Assembly: GCF_964188315.1 (NCBI RefSeq) | Contig: NC_135670.1 | Coordinates: forward strand, 4,774,001 to 4,838,000 | Source: Podarcis muralis | Lineage: Eukaryota | Direction of reading: 5' to 3' | Length of the DNA: 64,000 bases | In this document: in pieces, positions 62,251 to 64,000 of the stretch | Position numbering within the stretch: position 1 is the stretch's first letter | How the letters are laid out: every line of letters starts with the position of its first letter | Program-made: the position numbers and the translations under genes | Notes under the pieces: generated by a model | Told to the model about the DNA's origin: nothing | Databases searched by the model: none | What the model saw: only the letters and a program-made list of their open reading frames with translations

Positions 62251-63177
62251 ATTTATGCCCCCTCTTTCCTTCAAGAGGTCCAAGGTGGTGTACATCGTTC
62301 TTCTCCTCCCTCCCCTTTCATATCCCTCACAACAACCCTGTGAGGGAGGTTAGCTTGAGAGCAAATGTCTGGCTCTCAAGATCACAACCAGTGAGTTTCA
62401 TGGCCCTGTGGGAGGATTTGAACCCTGGTCTCTCCCAGACTAGGAAGCAGAGTATCATAAGAAGAGCCTGCTAGGTCAAGCCAATGGCCCATCTATTCCA
62501 GCATCTATTCCACCCAGGTGGCAGAAATTTAGCTGAACTAACTGTCCTTCTGGCATCAACATAAAATCACCATCATGCTAGAGTCTTTAGCTGGCCCTGT
62601 TCATGGAAGCACAGAGAAAAGAAAGCGGAAACAGAGTTCTAGGTGGCTCTTTGCGGTCCGGCTCTGGGTGACGCTGACCGCAGGGACGTCATGGGTCCCT
62701 GCTTACGAACCTCGGTTAGAGGCGCCTTCGGTTTAAAAAAAAGCCAAGCGCCCGCCTGAGTCAATCTTTCTGTTCTTTTGGTTTTCTGCCCTTCTTGGTT
62801 TTGACACCCCGTGTTCTTCACTTGCAAGAACAATAAAAACAGGAAGCAAAAGTTTGTGTGGCTTTGGCCTGGCCCCGCTTTATAGCTGCGACACTCCAGG
62901 TGTGAGGAGAATCGCCTCTCTCGCCTCGCCTCCGGCAGCCAGGCCTGACAAGGCTCCCAGTGGCCCGGTGTTGTAAGCACAATGAGCAAATAAATTCAGC
63001 TGGGCGTCCCGAGAGAAAAGCTGAAAGGCAGGACAGGGCGGGAAAGACTAACGGATAAGAGGAAACTGCCCTTTTGGTTTCACTCCGGCTGGATTTAGAC
63101 GCATCAAAGAAGCGATTCAGTTAAACGCGTTGCAGACTTTGTATGAGAAATCGGGTTGGCAAAAAGGGGACTCCACA

Positions 63178-63191
63178 GCGCCATCTGGTGT
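63178..63191 (-). promoter_or_regulatory. CTCF-like motif
   Basis: Minus strand reads ACACCAGATGGCGC, 13/14 to the core consensus, beside a CpG-rich patch. Confidence 0.5.
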
Positions 63192-63644
63192 CACAGTGTT
63201 ATAATGCATAATATACAATGCAAGAATTTAAGGTTCTCAATTATATAAATTAAATGTACAAGGCAAACACGTGCATAAATACAAAAACCACATGTCTGAA
63301 ACAGTACAGAAAAACAGCCCTGAAACCATTTTGACTCTCCCAAACTGACCAAATGTTTCTCTGCAAGGAGGGAAGAACTAGGAAAAAAACCTCCCCATTG
63401 TCTCTGTGCTCACAAATCCTGCCTTAAGGGCACATTTAAGGTGTGAATAGGGTGAACCTGTGACCTAGATTCAGGAATTAAGTAGTTATAAAAACAAAAG
63501 AGTGGCCAAAACCCAGATAATGCAATCAGGTAATTTGCCAGACAGGAGATAAACAACACACTCAGGATTCTGTTTTAGACAGCCCCTATGATGTATGTAT
63601 GATGTTTCTGGGGGTGGTCTGGAGTTTGAGGGTGGGCAATTCCA

Positions 63645-63920
63645 CTGCATCTTAAAAAGCAGAGACATCACCTTGCCAACAAAGGTCCGTATAGTGAAAG
63701 CTGTGGTTTTCCCAGTAGTGATGTGTGGAAGTGAGAGCTGGACCATAAAGAAGGCTGATCACCGAAGAATTGATGCTTTTGAATTCTGGTGCCGGAGGAG
63801 GCTCTTGAGGGTCCCATGGACTGCAAGACGATCAAACCTCTCCATTCTGAAGGAAATCAGCCCTGAGTGCTCACTGGAAGGACAGATCGTGAAGCTGAGG
63901 CTCCAAGACTTTGGCCACCC
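63645..63920 (+). mobile_element. Bov-B fragment
   Basis: ILKSRDITLPTKVRIVKAVVFPVVM..LEGQIVKLRLQDFGH. Confidence 0.85.
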
Positions 63921-64000
63921 CAAGAACAGCCTCAGAGTTTTTTGCGGTCATGTCTTTTAAAAACAATACACTAGTTAACAAAATGAATGCAATTAAGATC

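Noticed and set aside
62639-62653. ORF ending QRAT* like the gene E C-terminus
   Set aside because: Only 15 nt match; upstream and downstream sequence do not align with the E terminal exon.

Overview
Eukaryotic genomic DNA from a squamate reptile, probably a lacertid lizard, inferred from its Sauria SINE, Bov-B, L2, L1-like and DNA-MITE content. There is one 380-nt assembly gap. The left quarter holds coding exons 1-6 of APH1A (gamma-secretase subunit, minus strand); the last exon was not found in the window. Directly 5' of APH1A lies a cluster of five multi-exon Ig-superfamily membrane receptor genes that I assembled by hand from GT-AG boundaries with consistent phase. Each has a leader, a single pre-joined VJ-type exon, a C1 exon, and a connecting-peptide (Cys)/TM exon. 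No recombination signals were found. They form two chain types, labelled here type 1 (A, B, C) and type 2 (D, E), arranged as A(-), D(-)<->B(+), E(-)<->C(+): two head-to-head pairs plus an orphan. E/C looks like an inhibitory pair (ITSM-like TEYAEL, ITIM ICYAQL, uncharged TMs). D/B looks like an activating pair (TM Arg and TM Asp, tails lost, with the mutations that removed D's tail still readable). A carries an ITIM (ISYGQL). The architecture resembles the non-rearranging PRARP/VJ-C1 family as I recall it from chicken. The expansion into paired inhibitory and activating heterodimers is the most notable, possibly undescribed, feature. All gene models are sequence-only predictions; orthology, expression and function are untested.
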